64,000 nucleotides of DNA from an uncultured Planctomycetales bacterium. GTDB lineage: Bacteria > Omnitrophota > Gorgyraeia > Gygaellales > Profunditerraquicolaceae. This document shows, in pieces, positions 20,964-30,209 of the stretch. The position numbers were made by a program, and so were the translations under genes. The DNA lies in contig CAZRVK010000005.1 in the NCBI GenBank assembly GCA_964603585.1, positions 90,027 through 154,026 of the forward strand. Reading direction: 5' to 3'. Numbering within the stretch: position 1 is the stretch's first letter; each line of letters starts with the position of its first letter. The notes beneath the pieces were generated by a model, which did not search any database, was not told the DNA's origin, and saw only the letters and a list, made by a program, of their open reading frames with translations.

Positions 20964-21524
20964 ATGTACCGCAATCATACTTTATCAGAATACCTGGAAG
21001 ATCTTAGCGCAAGGCTTCCTGCTCCCGGAGGAGGATCGGCTGCGGCGGTGAATGCGGCGATGGGAGTGGCTTTGGTGAGCATGGTGGTTAATTTCACTAT
21101 CGGGAATGCAAAATATGCTAAATATGAAACTGACCTTAAAGATTTACTTGTGAGGTCAGAAAAGTTAAGGCTGGAATTCCTGAAGTTAGTGGATCTTGAC
21201 GTGGAGGCTTATAAAAGCCGGAATATCCGCGATTGCCTGAATGTCCCTTTTATGTTGGCCCGCCTGTGTTTAGAGGGTATGAAACTATGCCCGCCGCTTA
21301 TTAAAAAAGGCAATTTAAACCTGATCAGCGATGTGGCGGTCGCAGCGGTAATGTTAGAGGCGGCTTTTGCCAGCGCGTATTTTAATGTGGAAATAAATTT
21401 AAAGAGTTTAGGGGATGAGAAACTCGCCTCTGGTATAAGAAAAGAGCTGGATCAAAAACAGGCCCGGATAAAGAAGATAAGGCAACTAACGGAGGAAAAA
21501 GTTGGCAAAGTTATTAGAGGCTAA
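20964..21524 (+). CDS. fchA: Methenyl-THF cyclohydrolase / formiminotransferase-cyclodeaminase C-domain protein (FchA-like)
   Basis: 'LPAPGGGSAAAVNAAMGVALVSMV' FTCD_C-type motif. It sits between fhs and folD as in acetogen Wood-Ljungdahl clusters. Confidence 0.75.
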   Translation: MYRNHTLSEYLEDLSARLPAPGGGSAAAVNAAMGVALVSMVVNFTIGNAKYAKYETDLKDLLVRSEKLRLEFLKLVDLDVEAYKSRNIRDCLNVPFMLARLCLEGMKLCPPLIKKGNLNLISDVAVAAVMLEAAFASAYFNVEINLKSLGDEKLASGIRKELDQKQARIKKIRQLTEEKVGKVIRG

Positions 21525-22347
21525 TTCGATCGCCGCCCGGATTAAAGATAATATAATACAGGATATTTCCGTCTTGGGGTTTAAGCCGGTTTTAGCCAGT
21601 ATTGTGGTCGGCCAAAATCCCGGGGCATTGGCGTATGCCAGGTCTCAAGATAAATCGGCAGCCCAGTTGGGTATCGATTACAAGCTCTATAATTTAAAAG
21701 ATGACATTTCAGAAAAGTCATTATTTGAGATCATCCATAAACTCAATCGCGATAAATCGGTGAACGGGATAATGATCCAGATGCCGTTGCCGAAACAAAT
21801 AATCTGGAAGGATGTTATCGAAGAGATCCATCCTGAAAAAGACGTGGAGGGAATGCATCCGGAGAATATCGGCAGGGTTTTATTAAAGGATGCCCGGATT
21901 GTCCCCTGCACTGCGGCCAGTGTGATGGAGCTATTAGGCAGTACTGGGGTCAATTTAGAAGGCAAGGATGCGGTGGTCGTCGGCCACAGCGAGATCGTCG
22001 GCAAACCCTTAGCATTCTTATTGCTGGATAAATTAGCTACGGTTACGGTCGCGCATATCGGCACCAGTAAAGCCGGGAAATTAGAAGAACATCTTAAGCG
22101 CGCCGAGATCTTAGTTGTTGCGGTGGGCTGTCCGGGCTTGATTAAAGGCGATTCTATAAGGCCCGGTGCAATAGTCATTGATGTGGGGATTAACCGCCTT
22201 GATAATGGCAAGATCGTTGGGGATGTGGAATTCGATCCGGCACGAGAGCGCGCGTCCTATATCACTCCGGTCCCCGGAGGGGTTGGCCCATTGACGGTGA
22301 CAATGTTAATGCGCAACCTGGTAGAGGCCGCTAAATTACAGCGTTAA
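21502..22347 (+). CDS. folD: Bifunctional 5,10-methylene-THF dehydrogenase / 5,10-methenyl-THF cyclohydrolase
   Basis: FolD-family length (281 aa) and motifs: 'ASIVVGQNPGALAYARSQDK...', 'PCTAASVMELL', 'GHSEIVGKP'. Confidence 0.95.
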   Translation: MAKLLEANSIAARIKDNIIQDISVLGFKPVLASIVVGQNPGALAYARSQDKSAAQLGIDYKLYNLKDDISEKSLFEIIHKLNRDKSVNGIMIQMPLPKQIIWKDVIEEIHPEKDVEGMHPENIGRVLLKDARIVPCTAASVMELLGSTGVNLEGKDAVVVGHSEIVGKPLAFLLLDKLATVTVAHIGTSKAGKLEEHLKRAEILVVAVGCPGLIKGDSIRPGAIVIDVGINRLDNGKIVGDVEFDPARERASYITPVPGGVGPLTVTMLMRNLVEAAKLQR

Positions 22348-22356
22348 TGTAGCCCT

Positions 22357-22686
22357 ATGTTAACAATCCTGCTTTTGACCATATCTAATGTGTTTATGAC
22401 CTTTGCCTGGTATGGGCATTTGAAATACAAGCACTCTCCTTTATGGATCGTAATCCTTATCAGCTGGGGGATTGCCTTTGCCGAGTATTGTTTTCAGGTG
22501 CCGGCCAACCGCATCGGTTCTTACAAATATTCTGGCGCGCAGCTGAAAACGATCCAGGAAGTGATTACCCTGGTGGTTTTTACGGTGTTTTCCGTGCTTT
22601 ATCTCAAAGAGGAATTCAAATGGAACTATGCCGTAGGATTTGTTTTTATCCTGGCGGCGGTATTCTTTATTTTTAAAAAGTGGTGA
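22357..22686 (+). CDS. Small DMT-like membrane protein (DUF486-type, 3-4 TM)
   Basis: 109 aa, strongly hydrophobic. The architecture resembles the DUF486 half-DMT family. Confidence 0.45.
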   Translation: MLTILLLTISNVFMTFAWYGHLKYKHSPLWIVILISWGIAFAEYCFQVPANRIGSYKYSGAQLKTIQEVITLVVFTVFSVLYLKEEFKWNYAVGFVFILAAVFFIFKKW

Positions 22687-22700
22687 TGGGCGGATAATCC

Positions 22701-23570
22701 ATGACATTTAAAGAGAAAATACAATCGGACAAGTTTTTAGTGACCTCTGAAATCGATCCGCCAAAGGGGATCCAGAGCAAGCAGATATTGGACAATGCCC
22801 GCCTGCTTAGTTCCAGGGTAGATGCTTTTAATGTTACCGATCTGCAGAGTTCTTTGCTGCGGGTGGGGTCTTTGGCCTCGAGTATACTGCTTAAACAAAA
22901 TGGGTTTGAGCCTATCTATCAGCTTACTTGCCGCGACCGCAATCGCCTGGCTTTGCAATCGGATATTCTGTCTGCGGCGATGCTGGGTATTGAGAATATA
23001 CTGATTCTTACCGGTGACCATCCGGTTCAAGGCGATCATCCCGAAGCCAAGCCGGTATTCGACCTTGATTCTGTGCAGTTATTGCAGGTGGCAAATAAAC
23101 TTCAGCAAGGGCAGGATATGAAGGGATTCAAGCTGGTTGGTGTTCCTCCTAAGTTTTGCCTGGGGGCAGTGGTGAATCCAGGAGCAGATCCAATCGAGCC
23201 GCAGATCATCAGTATGGAGAAGAAGATCTCAAGCGGCGCGGAGTTTTTTCAGACGCAGGCGGTTTACGACCTTAAGGTGTTTGAGAATTTCTTAAAGAAA
23301 ACACGGCATCTCAAGACTAAAATTATTGCCGGAATCGTCTTGTTGAAATCCGCCGGGATGGCGCGGTATATGAATAAAAATGTCGCCGGGGTAAATGTCC
23401 CCGATGATTTGATCAGGGAGATGGAAGAAGCTTCGGATAAGGCAGCTCAATCCGTGGATATCGCATCACGGACGATACTTGAACTAAAATCAATGGCCGC
23501 CGGGGTGCATGTTATGCCGATTGGCTGGTATGAGATCGTTCCCAGGGTTTTGGACGCAAGCGGGTTATAA
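22701..23570 (+). CDS. metF: 5,10-methylenetetrahydrofolate reductase (acetogen-type small MetF)
   Basis: MetF TIM-barrel motifs 'LVTSEIDPPKG', 'AFNVTD', 'CRDRNR', 'LILTGDHP'. About 290 aa, the size of acetogen MetF. Confidence 0.85.
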   Translation: MTFKEKIQSDKFLVTSEIDPPKGIQSKQILDNARLLSSRVDAFNVTDLQSSLLRVGSLASSILLKQNGFEPIYQLTCRDRNRLALQSDILSAAMLGIENILILTGDHPVQGDHPEAKPVFDLDSVQLLQVANKLQQGQDMKGFKLVGVPPKFCLGAVVNPGADPIEPQIISMEKKISSGAEFFQTQAVYDLKVFENFLKKTRHLKTKIIAGIVLLKSAGMARYMNKNVAGVNVPDDLIREMEEASDKAAQSVDIASRTILELKSMAAGVHVMPIGWYEIVPRVLDASGL

Positions 23571-23586
23571 TTACAAACTTAAAACT

Positions 23587-24507
23587 ATGGCAAAAATAGT
23601 GGTTATTGGGAATTCGGCTGCCGGGTTTTCCGCCTGTCAGAGGCTTGTTGCACTGGGGCTAAAAGAGGTCACCGTGGTGACCAGGGAGAATACCATAGGT
23701 TATTACAAACCCAGGATTTTGGATTATTTATCTTCGGTTTCGACAGAGAAAGAGATATCAATATGTGCACAAGATTTTTATGCGCTCAATAACATAAATC
23801 TCCTGAAGAACAGCCAGGCCTGCCGGCTGGACACGAAAAAGCAGCGACTGATATTAAAAGACAATACAAAAATAAATTACGATTATTTGATCATTGCTTC
23901 AGGCGTAAGGCAGGAGTTAGGGGTTTTTACGGGTAAGAACAAGGAAGGGGTATTTGTTCTTAATGGTTTAGAAGATGCTATTGCCATTAAGAAACGCTTG
24001 CTTGTAACGAATACTATTTGCTTGATTGCAGAGTTGTCCTTAAGTTTGCGGCTTGCGCAGATATTTTTTGCTTTGGGAAAAGAGGTTAAACTGATCTCTG
24101 AATCCCCGGCTATACTTCCCGAACCATTATTATCGTCTGGAAAAGTTGAGTTGATTATGCAGGCTGCGGTGCAGGAGTTTATCGGCGACGGCGCGCAATT
24201 GCAGGCGGTAAAACTAAATAGCGGCAAGGTGATAGCTGCCGATATGGCGATTTTTGCAGGAGGATATACTCCCTGCACAGCTTTCTTAAAGGAAACCGAT
24301 GTTAAGATGGAGAACGGTTATATCCTGGTGGATGATGCGATGAGGAGTAATATTGATAACATCTTTGCCTGCGGGTCTGTTTGTAAAAAAACCTCCAGTA
24401 TGGATGAGCAAAAGAATTGGGAGCAGGCTTGGGAAGAAGGCTCTTTAGCTGCAGTGGAAGTAGCCCAATCAATTGAAAGGAGTAAGGCTGCATGTCAGAC
24501 GTTTTGA
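23587..24507 (+). CDS. FAD-dependent pyridine nucleotide-disulfide oxidoreductase-like protein (LpdA/Nox-like) with a degenerate second dinucleotide-binding motif
   Basis: N-terminal 'KIVVIGNSAAGFSA' FAD-binding fold. The expected NAD(P)H GxGxxG site reads 'ICLIAELSLSLRLA' instead. Sits between metF and acsB. Confidence 0.6.
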   Translation: MAKIVVIGNSAAGFSACQRLVALGLKEVTVVTRENTIGYYKPRILDYLSSVSTEKEISICAQDFYALNNINLLKNSQACRLDTKKQRLILKDNTKINYDYLIIASGVRQELGVFTGKNKEGVFVLNGLEDAIAIKKRLLVTNTICLIAELSLSLRLAQIFFALGKEVKLISESPAILPEPLLSSGKVELIMQAAVQEFIGDGAQLQAVKLNSGKVIAADMAIFAGGYTPCTAFLKETDVKMENGYILVDDAMRSNIDNIFACGSVCKKTSSMDEQKNWEQAWEEGSLAAVEVAQSIERSKAACQTF

Positions 24508-26675
24508 TCCAGTTGGGGGAAAAAGGCAATGAAGTGATTGGTTTGGCCGCCAGGACGTCTTTGGATGCGGCGATCAAATTCAAAGGCGCTCAACATAAAA
24601 TAGGATTTCCCCAGACAAATTATTATTTCCCTCTGGTTAATGCCTTATTGAAGATCGAAGTCAATACCCTGGGTGATTGTCTCCAGGTATTAAAAGAAGC
24701 GGAAAAATTGAATAATAACCAGGCCTGTTCCAGCGGATTGATCGAAAAAACCCTGGGCGGCATTCTTAATAAAGGGCTTGCGGTTCTATTTTGCGAAGAG
24801 GTATTGGCGGCTTTAGAGTATTTGAATCAAGGCCATCCCACAGAAGGATGTGCGGGGTTTTTATCGGATACTTTATTACGTTCATTGGGGATCCAGTTGG
24901 TTGATGGCCGGATAGCCGGGATCGCGGTTATCCTTGGTCCGGCTAAGGATGAAGATTCGGCGATGCAGTTGGTGCGGGATTTCCAGAAACGCAGTATTGT
25001 CAGCCTCCTGGCAGGCAATATCGGGGGGAACACTTTTAAAAAACAATTAGAGGCTAAATCGGTTGAACTGGGTCTGGAGAATTATATTGTGCCCTTAGGC
25101 AGTGATTATTTGTCCGTAATTTATGCTTTGAACTGGGCGGTGCGTGCGCCTTTGACTTATGGCGGATATAAGAGCGGGCAATGGCAGGAAATACTCAAAT
25201 ATACCAGGGATAAAGTCCCGGCATTTGTGGTGCTTTTAAGCCATGTCGATGAGACGATCGTTGCTACCGGCCTGGGGGCATTGGCGATGGGGTTTCCGAT
25301 TATCACCGATCTGGATCTGCCGCAGATAGGCAAGATCGATACTACTTCGTATGAAGCATTAGTGACACAAAAAGAATACAAGTCCCTGGCGGCACAATGC
25401 ATAGAGACCAGAGGCCTTAAGGTCAAAGTCGTTTCTGTCCCTGTCCCGGTGCCGTATGCCGCGGCATTCGAGGGTGAAAGGGTAAGGCGCGAACAATTAT
25501 ATGCCGAGTTCGGGGGCAAGGCCAGCACTGCATTTGAATTCCTGGTTACCAAAGGAATAAGCCAGGTCGAAGACGGCTTGGTAGAATTGTTTGGCCCGGA
25601 TATTGATGATCTTCCTCCGGGTGAAAGATCCATGCCTCTGGCAATCATCGTTGAAGTCGCCGGCAGAAAGATGCAAAAGGATTTTGAACCGATACTGGAA
25701 CGTCAGATCCATCGTTTTGTTAATTATGCCATGGGGTTAATGCATGTCGGGCAAAGGCAGATGAATTGGATCAGGATATCTCAAGATGCTTTTGCCAAGG
25801 GGTTCAGGTTAAAACATATCGGCGTGATACTGCATGCTATGCTGCATCAGGAATACAACGCTATTGTGGATAAAGTTCAAGTAAAGATCTTTACCCGGGA
25901 GGATGATGTAGGCAGGCTGTTACCGCAGGCGCTAAAGTCCTATGACGAGCGTGATGAACGATTAAGCGGAATGACCGATGAAAGTGTGGATACTTTTTAC
26001 TCCTGCCTGCTTTGCCAGTCTTTTGCCCCAAACCATATTTGCATGATCACTCCGGAACGCCTGGGTTTATGCGGGGCGTATTCCTGGCTGGATGGCAAGG
26101 CTTCCTATGAGATTATGCCAACTGGGCCGAATCAGCCGGTAGCTAAAGGCGAAGCGATAGATAAGAATCTTGGAGCGTGGAAGAATATCAACGATTTCTT
26201 TTACGAAAAGTCCAACAAAACCATCGAGCGTGTGAATATGTATTCTATGATGGATGCCCCGCAATCTTCCTGCGGGTGTTTTGAATGCATCGTGGCGATT
26301 ATACCGGAGGTGAATGGGGTGATGGTAGTGCACCGGGATTATCCCGGGATGACCCCCTGCGGGATGACGTTTACTACGTTGGCGGGTTCTGTAGGCGGGG
26401 GGGTGCAAACTCCGGGGTTTTTAGGTGTAGGCAAACTTTATATTGTCAGTAAGAAATTCATTTCCGCCGAAGGCGGACTAAAGAGAGTGGTTTGGATGCC
26501 TAAGGAATTGAAAGATGCCTTGGCGGATAAGCTGGATAAACGCGCCAAGGAGTTAAAAGAACCGGATCTGGTCAATAAGATAGCTGATGAAACGGTGGCG
26601 ACTACATCTGAAGAGCTTATCAGTTACTTGGAGAAGTTTGGTCATCCGGTCCTGGGAATGCCTCCGTTGTTTTAA
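24492..26675 (+). CDS. acsB: Acetyl-CoA synthase catalytic subunit (CODH/ACS alpha-type, AcsB/CdhC)
   Basis: Full-length similarity to AcsB, including A-cluster cysteine motifs 'DTFYSCLLCQSFAPNHICMITPERLGLCGA' and 'SSCGCFECIVAI'. Confidence 0.9.
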   Translation: MSDVLIQLGEKGNEVIGLAARTSLDAAIKFKGAQHKIGFPQTNYYFPLVNALLKIEVNTLGDCLQVLKEAEKLNNNQACSSGLIEKTLGGILNKGLAVLFCEEVLAALEYLNQGHPTEGCAGFLSDTLLRSLGIQLVDGRIAGIAVILGPAKDEDSAMQLVRDFQKRSIVSLLAGNIGGNTFKKQLEAKSVELGLENYIVPLGSDYLSVIYALNWAVRAPLTYGGYKSGQWQEILKYTRDKVPAFVVLLSHVDETIVATGLGALAMGFPIITDLDLPQIGKIDTTSYEALVTQKEYKSLAAQCIETRGLKVKVVSVPVPVPYAAAFEGERVRREQLYAEFGGKASTAFEFLVTKGISQVEDGLVELFGPDIDDLPPGERSMPLAIIVEVAGRKMQKDFEPILERQIHRFVNYAMGLMHVGQRQMNWIRISQDAFAKGFRLKHIGVILHAMLHQEYNAIVDKVQVKIFTREDDVGRLLPQALKSYDERDERLSGMTDESVDTFYSCLLCQSFAPNHICMITPERLGLCGAYSWLDGKASYEIMPTGPNQPVAKGEAIDKNLGAWKNINDFFYEKSNKTIERVNMYSMMDAPQSSCGCFECIVAIIPEVNGVMVVHRDYPGMTPCGMTFTTLAGSVGGGVQTPGFLGVGKLYIVSKKFISAEGGLKRVVWMPKELKDALADKLDKRAKELKEPDLVNKIADETVATTSEELISYLEKFGHPVLGMPPLF

Positions 26676-26694
26676 AGGATATTAAAAAATTAAC

Positions 26695-26722
26695 TTGACG
26701 TAATTTTATTTGTATGTATAAT
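26695..26722 (+). promoter_or_regulatory. Sigma70-like promoter: TTGACG, 16-bp spacer, TATAAT
   Basis: -35 TTGACG at 26695-26700 and -10 TATAAT at 26717-26722, in the AT-rich gap upstream of the TPR gene. Confidence 0.5.
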
Positions 26723-26742
26723 TAGTTTAAACACAAATACAT

Positions 26743-27594
26743 ATGCATATCCCTTCCTATAAAATAGTTTTAAATACCGCGCTTATAACATTATCCCTTG
26801 GATCATTATCTTTGGTGCATGCCTTTGAACTGGGTGATTTAGGCAAAGGATCTAATGGCAAGAACTGCGCAGTTAAATTTGAACCGGCTTCGAAAAAGGA
26901 ATCTCCAGTAAAAGCCAAGGCCAAAAAACCGGCGGTCAAAAAAGATGATGATTTGGATTTGACCGTGATGCAGAAGCAGGCAAGGCAGTACCGCGGGCAG
27001 GGATTTGAGGCGCAATCCCGAGGCGATCTGCAGAGTGCCACCAGTTTTTATCAAAAGGCTATCGAATACGACCCGAATTATCCTGTTCCTTATAATGATT
27101 TAGGCGTGATCTATGAGAAAAACGGGGAGATTGACCGGGCGGAAAAAAGTTATCAAAGGTCGATCCAGGCTGATCCGGGGTATTTAAGCGCTTATTCGAA
27201 TTTGGCGCTGATTTATGAGAATAACCGTGATTTGGAAAAGGCTGCCTATTATTGGGGAAAAAGGGCAGAGTTAGGAGAAGCCGGTGATCCTTGGACGATC
27301 AAGGCCCTTCAGCGGTATAACGATATACGTATCATTACCGGAGAGGTTTCTGTTGACCCGAGAGAACAGCAGTTATTGGATTTGGTAAATGATGTTTCTG
27401 CTAAAAAAGAGCTTTGGCGTAAGGATAACAAGGAACTTGCCAAACATTATATGGAAGAGGCCGAGATAAATTTCCGTAAAGGCAACGAAGTCCTTGCTTT
27501 GAAGAAAGCGCAAGACGCACAGCAGCTCGATCCCACGAATGACAAAATCATAGAGTTTATAGAGAAACTACGGATAAGGTTGTTATCAAAGTAG
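26743..27594 (+). CDS. Secreted or lipo-anchored TPR-repeat protein
   Basis: N-terminal signal peptide 'ALITLSLGSLSLVHA'. Repeated 'YxxAIxxDPNY'-style TPR motifs. Confidence 0.7.
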   Translation: MHIPSYKIVLNTALITLSLGSLSLVHAFELGDLGKGSNGKNCAVKFEPASKKESPVKAKAKKPAVKKDDDLDLTVMQKQARQYRGQGFEAQSRGDLQSATSFYQKAIEYDPNYPVPYNDLGVIYEKNGEIDRAEKSYQRSIQADPGYLSAYSNLALIYENNRDLEKAAYYWGKRAELGEAGDPWTIKALQRYNDIRIITGEVSVDPREQQLLDLVNDVSAKKELWRKDNKELAKHYMEEAEINFRKGNEVLALKKAQDAQQLDPTNDKIIEFIEKLRIRLLSK

Positions 27595-27650
27595 AAGGCT
27601 ACAACTATTAATCTCCTGCCAATATTTATTCCATGTGCAAATCATAGTTA

Positions 27651-30200
27651 ATGGCGAACAAGAGTTTATATTTAATTGATGCAACTGCTTTTTGTTACCG
27701 GGCATTTTATGCCTTGCCCGGGCTGGCTACTTCCTTTGGCCAGCCGACAAATGCAATTTACGGTTTTATTAATATCCTGAATAAGGTCATTAAAGACAAC
27801 CATCCGGATTATCTGGCAGTTTGTTTTGATGTGTCCCGGGATACCTTGCGCCAGCAGAAGTTCTCTGCATATAAAATACAGCGTCCTCCAATGCCTGACG
27901 GGCTTTCCAGCCAGATACCGCTGATAAAACAGATTGTCAAGGCTTACGGCCTGCCGATATTCGAGAAGAATGGGTATGAAGCGGATGATATCATTGCCGT
28001 TATGGCCAGATACGCAAGATCAGAAGGTCTATTGGTTACTATTGTTAGCTCTGATAAAGATATCCTGCAGTTGGTAGATGAGAGGATCGTGGTTTTCAGC
28101 CCGTATAAGGACAGTGGCACGCTTTATGACCGCTTAAAGGTAAGGGAGCGGTTCTCGGTTGATCCGGAGCAAGTCGCGGATATTATTGCTTTGATGGGTG
28201 ATGATGTGGATAATATTCCCGGAGTCCCGGGGATAGGAGAGAAGACTGCCGTTAAATTGATCGTTCAATTTGGCAGTTTGGCGCAATTATTGAAGAATAT
28301 CGATAAGATAGGCCCGGAGAAGATTCGTGCCTCTATCCGGGATAATATTGAGCAGATCAAGTTGAATGAGGAGTTAGTGCAGTTAGGACAGGGCCTGGAA
28401 TTAGAGTTTACCCTTGATGCGTTAAAGATAAAACCTGCCGATACCCAAGAGATATTCCGTTTATTCAAGTATCTTGAATTTAAGAAATTGATCAAGGATA
28501 TTGCCCCGGAAAAAGAAAGCCTTCCTGCAGAGGAGATTGTTCCTTTAAAGGATACCGAGATCGCAGAGGCCTTGCATCCGGGAGACGAACTGGCATTGGC
28601 CGGATCGGAATTGGATAACCTGGTATTCTTTGCTAACGGCAGGTTTTTTTCTTTAGATAAAGCCGGAACTCATATTAAGAATTTCCTGGAGGATCCGCGG
28701 ATAAAGAAAATAGGCCATGGGCTTAAAGAAAACAAACTTATGTTAGCTAAAAAAGGCATCATTTTAGAAGGGTTGTATTTTGACACCCTGATTGCCGGGT
28801 ACCTGCTTAATCCTTCCAGGCCGGAATACGGTCTGGAGGGGCTGGCTTTGGATTATCTGGATGCCTCTCCGCAAAAGGCAGGGCTTGATCCAGCTAAATC
28901 CCTGGATTTGATCTTAAAGTTAAGGCCTAAATTAGCCGCAGAATTAAAGGAAAAGTCCCTTCAGGAGCTGTTTATTAAAACAGAGATGCCGCTTGTAAAT
29001 ATATTGGCGGAAATGGAGCTTGTCGGTATAAAATTAGACTTGCAATACTTGAACCGGCTGTCTGGTGAACTGGCGGAAAAGCTTAAAGATTTAGTGGCCC
29101 GGATTTATGATATTAGTGGTATGGAATTCAATCTTAATTCACCAAAACAGTTAAGGCAGATCCTTTTTGAAAAGTTGAAGTTGCCGGTAACTAAAAGAAC
29201 CAAGACCGGTCCATCAACCGATGAGGAGGTTTTAAGGGGCCTGGCTTCTTCTCATAGTTTGCCGGCGTTATTATTGGAATACCGGCAGTTGACCAAATTT
29301 AAAAACACCTATGTGGATGCTTTGCCGCTGTTAGCCGATAAGAAAACAGCCCGCGTGCATACTTCTTTTAATCAGGCAGGTACTGAAACCGGCCGTTTGA
29401 GTTCCTCTAATCCTAATCTGCAGAACATACCAATTAAGACAGATATCGGAGCCAGGATCCGTAAGTGTATCATTTCTGGCGGATTGGGATGCCAGTTGCT
29501 CTCCTGTGATTATTCACAGATCGAATTGCGCCTTCTGGCGCATATGTCGGGCGATGCGTATTTGATCCGTGCTTTTCAGGACGATAAGGATATCCATAGA
29601 ATAACCGCTGCCCTTATCAATAATATTGATGAAGAACGCGTTACCGCTGCAATGCGCGAGATGGCTAAACGGATAAATTTCGGGATTGTCTATGGCCTAA
29701 GTTCCTGGGGCCTGGCCCGCGACTTGAACATGCCGGTAGAAGAAGCGCAGAATTTCATCGATGCTTATTTTGCCAGATACCCCGGGGTAAAGGAGTATAT
29801 TGATTCACAGATCAAACGCGCCCGTAGAGACGGGTTTGTTACGACCATCCTTGGGCGCAGAAGGTATTTGCCGCAAATCAATGACCGGAATCAAATGATC
29901 CGTTCCATGGCTGAACGCCAGGCAGTGAATACCCCGATCCAGGGGTCAGCCAGCGACCTGATCAAATTAGCCATGATCCATATTGATCAGGGTATCAGGG
30001 CGAGTTCTTTCAAGGCCCAGATGATCCTGCAGATCCATGATGAACTGGTATTTGATCTGCCAGTAGATGAATTGAACGAATTTTCCGGTTTAGCTAAAGA
30101 CAGTATGGAAAATGTTTTAAAGTTATCTGTGCCGGTCAGGGTGAGCATGAAAACAGGCAAGAATTGGCTGGAAATGGAACCTGTGCATTTTGCAGGCTAA
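27651..30200 (+). CDS. polA: DNA polymerase I
   Basis: 5'-3' exonuclease N-domain plus PolA motifs: A 'DYSQIELR', B 'RRxxKxxNFGxxYG', C 'QIHDELV'. Confidence 0.95.
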   Translation: MANKSLYLIDATAFCYRAFYALPGLATSFGQPTNAIYGFINILNKVIKDNHPDYLAVCFDVSRDTLRQQKFSAYKIQRPPMPDGLSSQIPLIKQIVKAYGLPIFEKNGYEADDIIAVMARYARSEGLLVTIVSSDKDILQLVDERIVVFSPYKDSGTLYDRLKVRERFSVDPEQVADIIALMGDDVDNIPGVPGIGEKTAVKLIVQFGSLAQLLKNIDKIGPEKIRASIRDNIEQIKLNEELVQLGQGLELEFTLDALKIKPADTQEIFRLFKYLEFKKLIKDIAPEKESLPAEEIVPLKDTEIAEALHPGDELALAGSELDNLVFFANGRFFSLDKAGTHIKNFLEDPRIKKIGHGLKENKLMLAKKGIILEGLYFDTLIAGYLLNPSRPEYGLEGLALDYLDASPQKAGLDPAKSLDLILKLRPKLAAELKEKSLQELFIKTEMPLVNILAEMELVGIKLDLQYLNRLSGELAEKLKDLVARIYDISGMEFNLNSPKQLRQILFEKLKLPVTKRTKTGPSTDEEVLRGLASSHSLPALLLEYRQLTKFKNTYVDALPLLADKKTARVHTSFNQAGTETGRLSSSNPNLQNIPIKTDIGARIRKCIISGGLGCQLLSCDYSQIELRLLAHMSGDAYLIRAFQDDKDIHRITAALINNIDEERVTAAMREMAKRINFGIVYGLSSWGLARDLNMPVEEAQNFIDAYFARYPGVKEYIDSQIKRARRDGFVTTILGRRRYLPQINDRNQMIRSMAERQAVNTPIQGSASDLIKLAMIHIDQGIRASSFKAQMILQIHDELVFDLPVDELNEFSGLAKDSMENVLKLSVPVRVSMKTGKNWLEMEPVHFAG

Positions 30201-30209
30201 GGAGGGCAA

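Noticed and set aside
22441-22707. ORFs 22443-22676 (+) and 22441-22707 (-) overlapping the DUF486 gene
   Set aside because: They are alternative frames of the same 330-bp segment. Only the frame-1 product is a coherent hydrophobic membrane protein with an RBS-spaced ATG right after folD.
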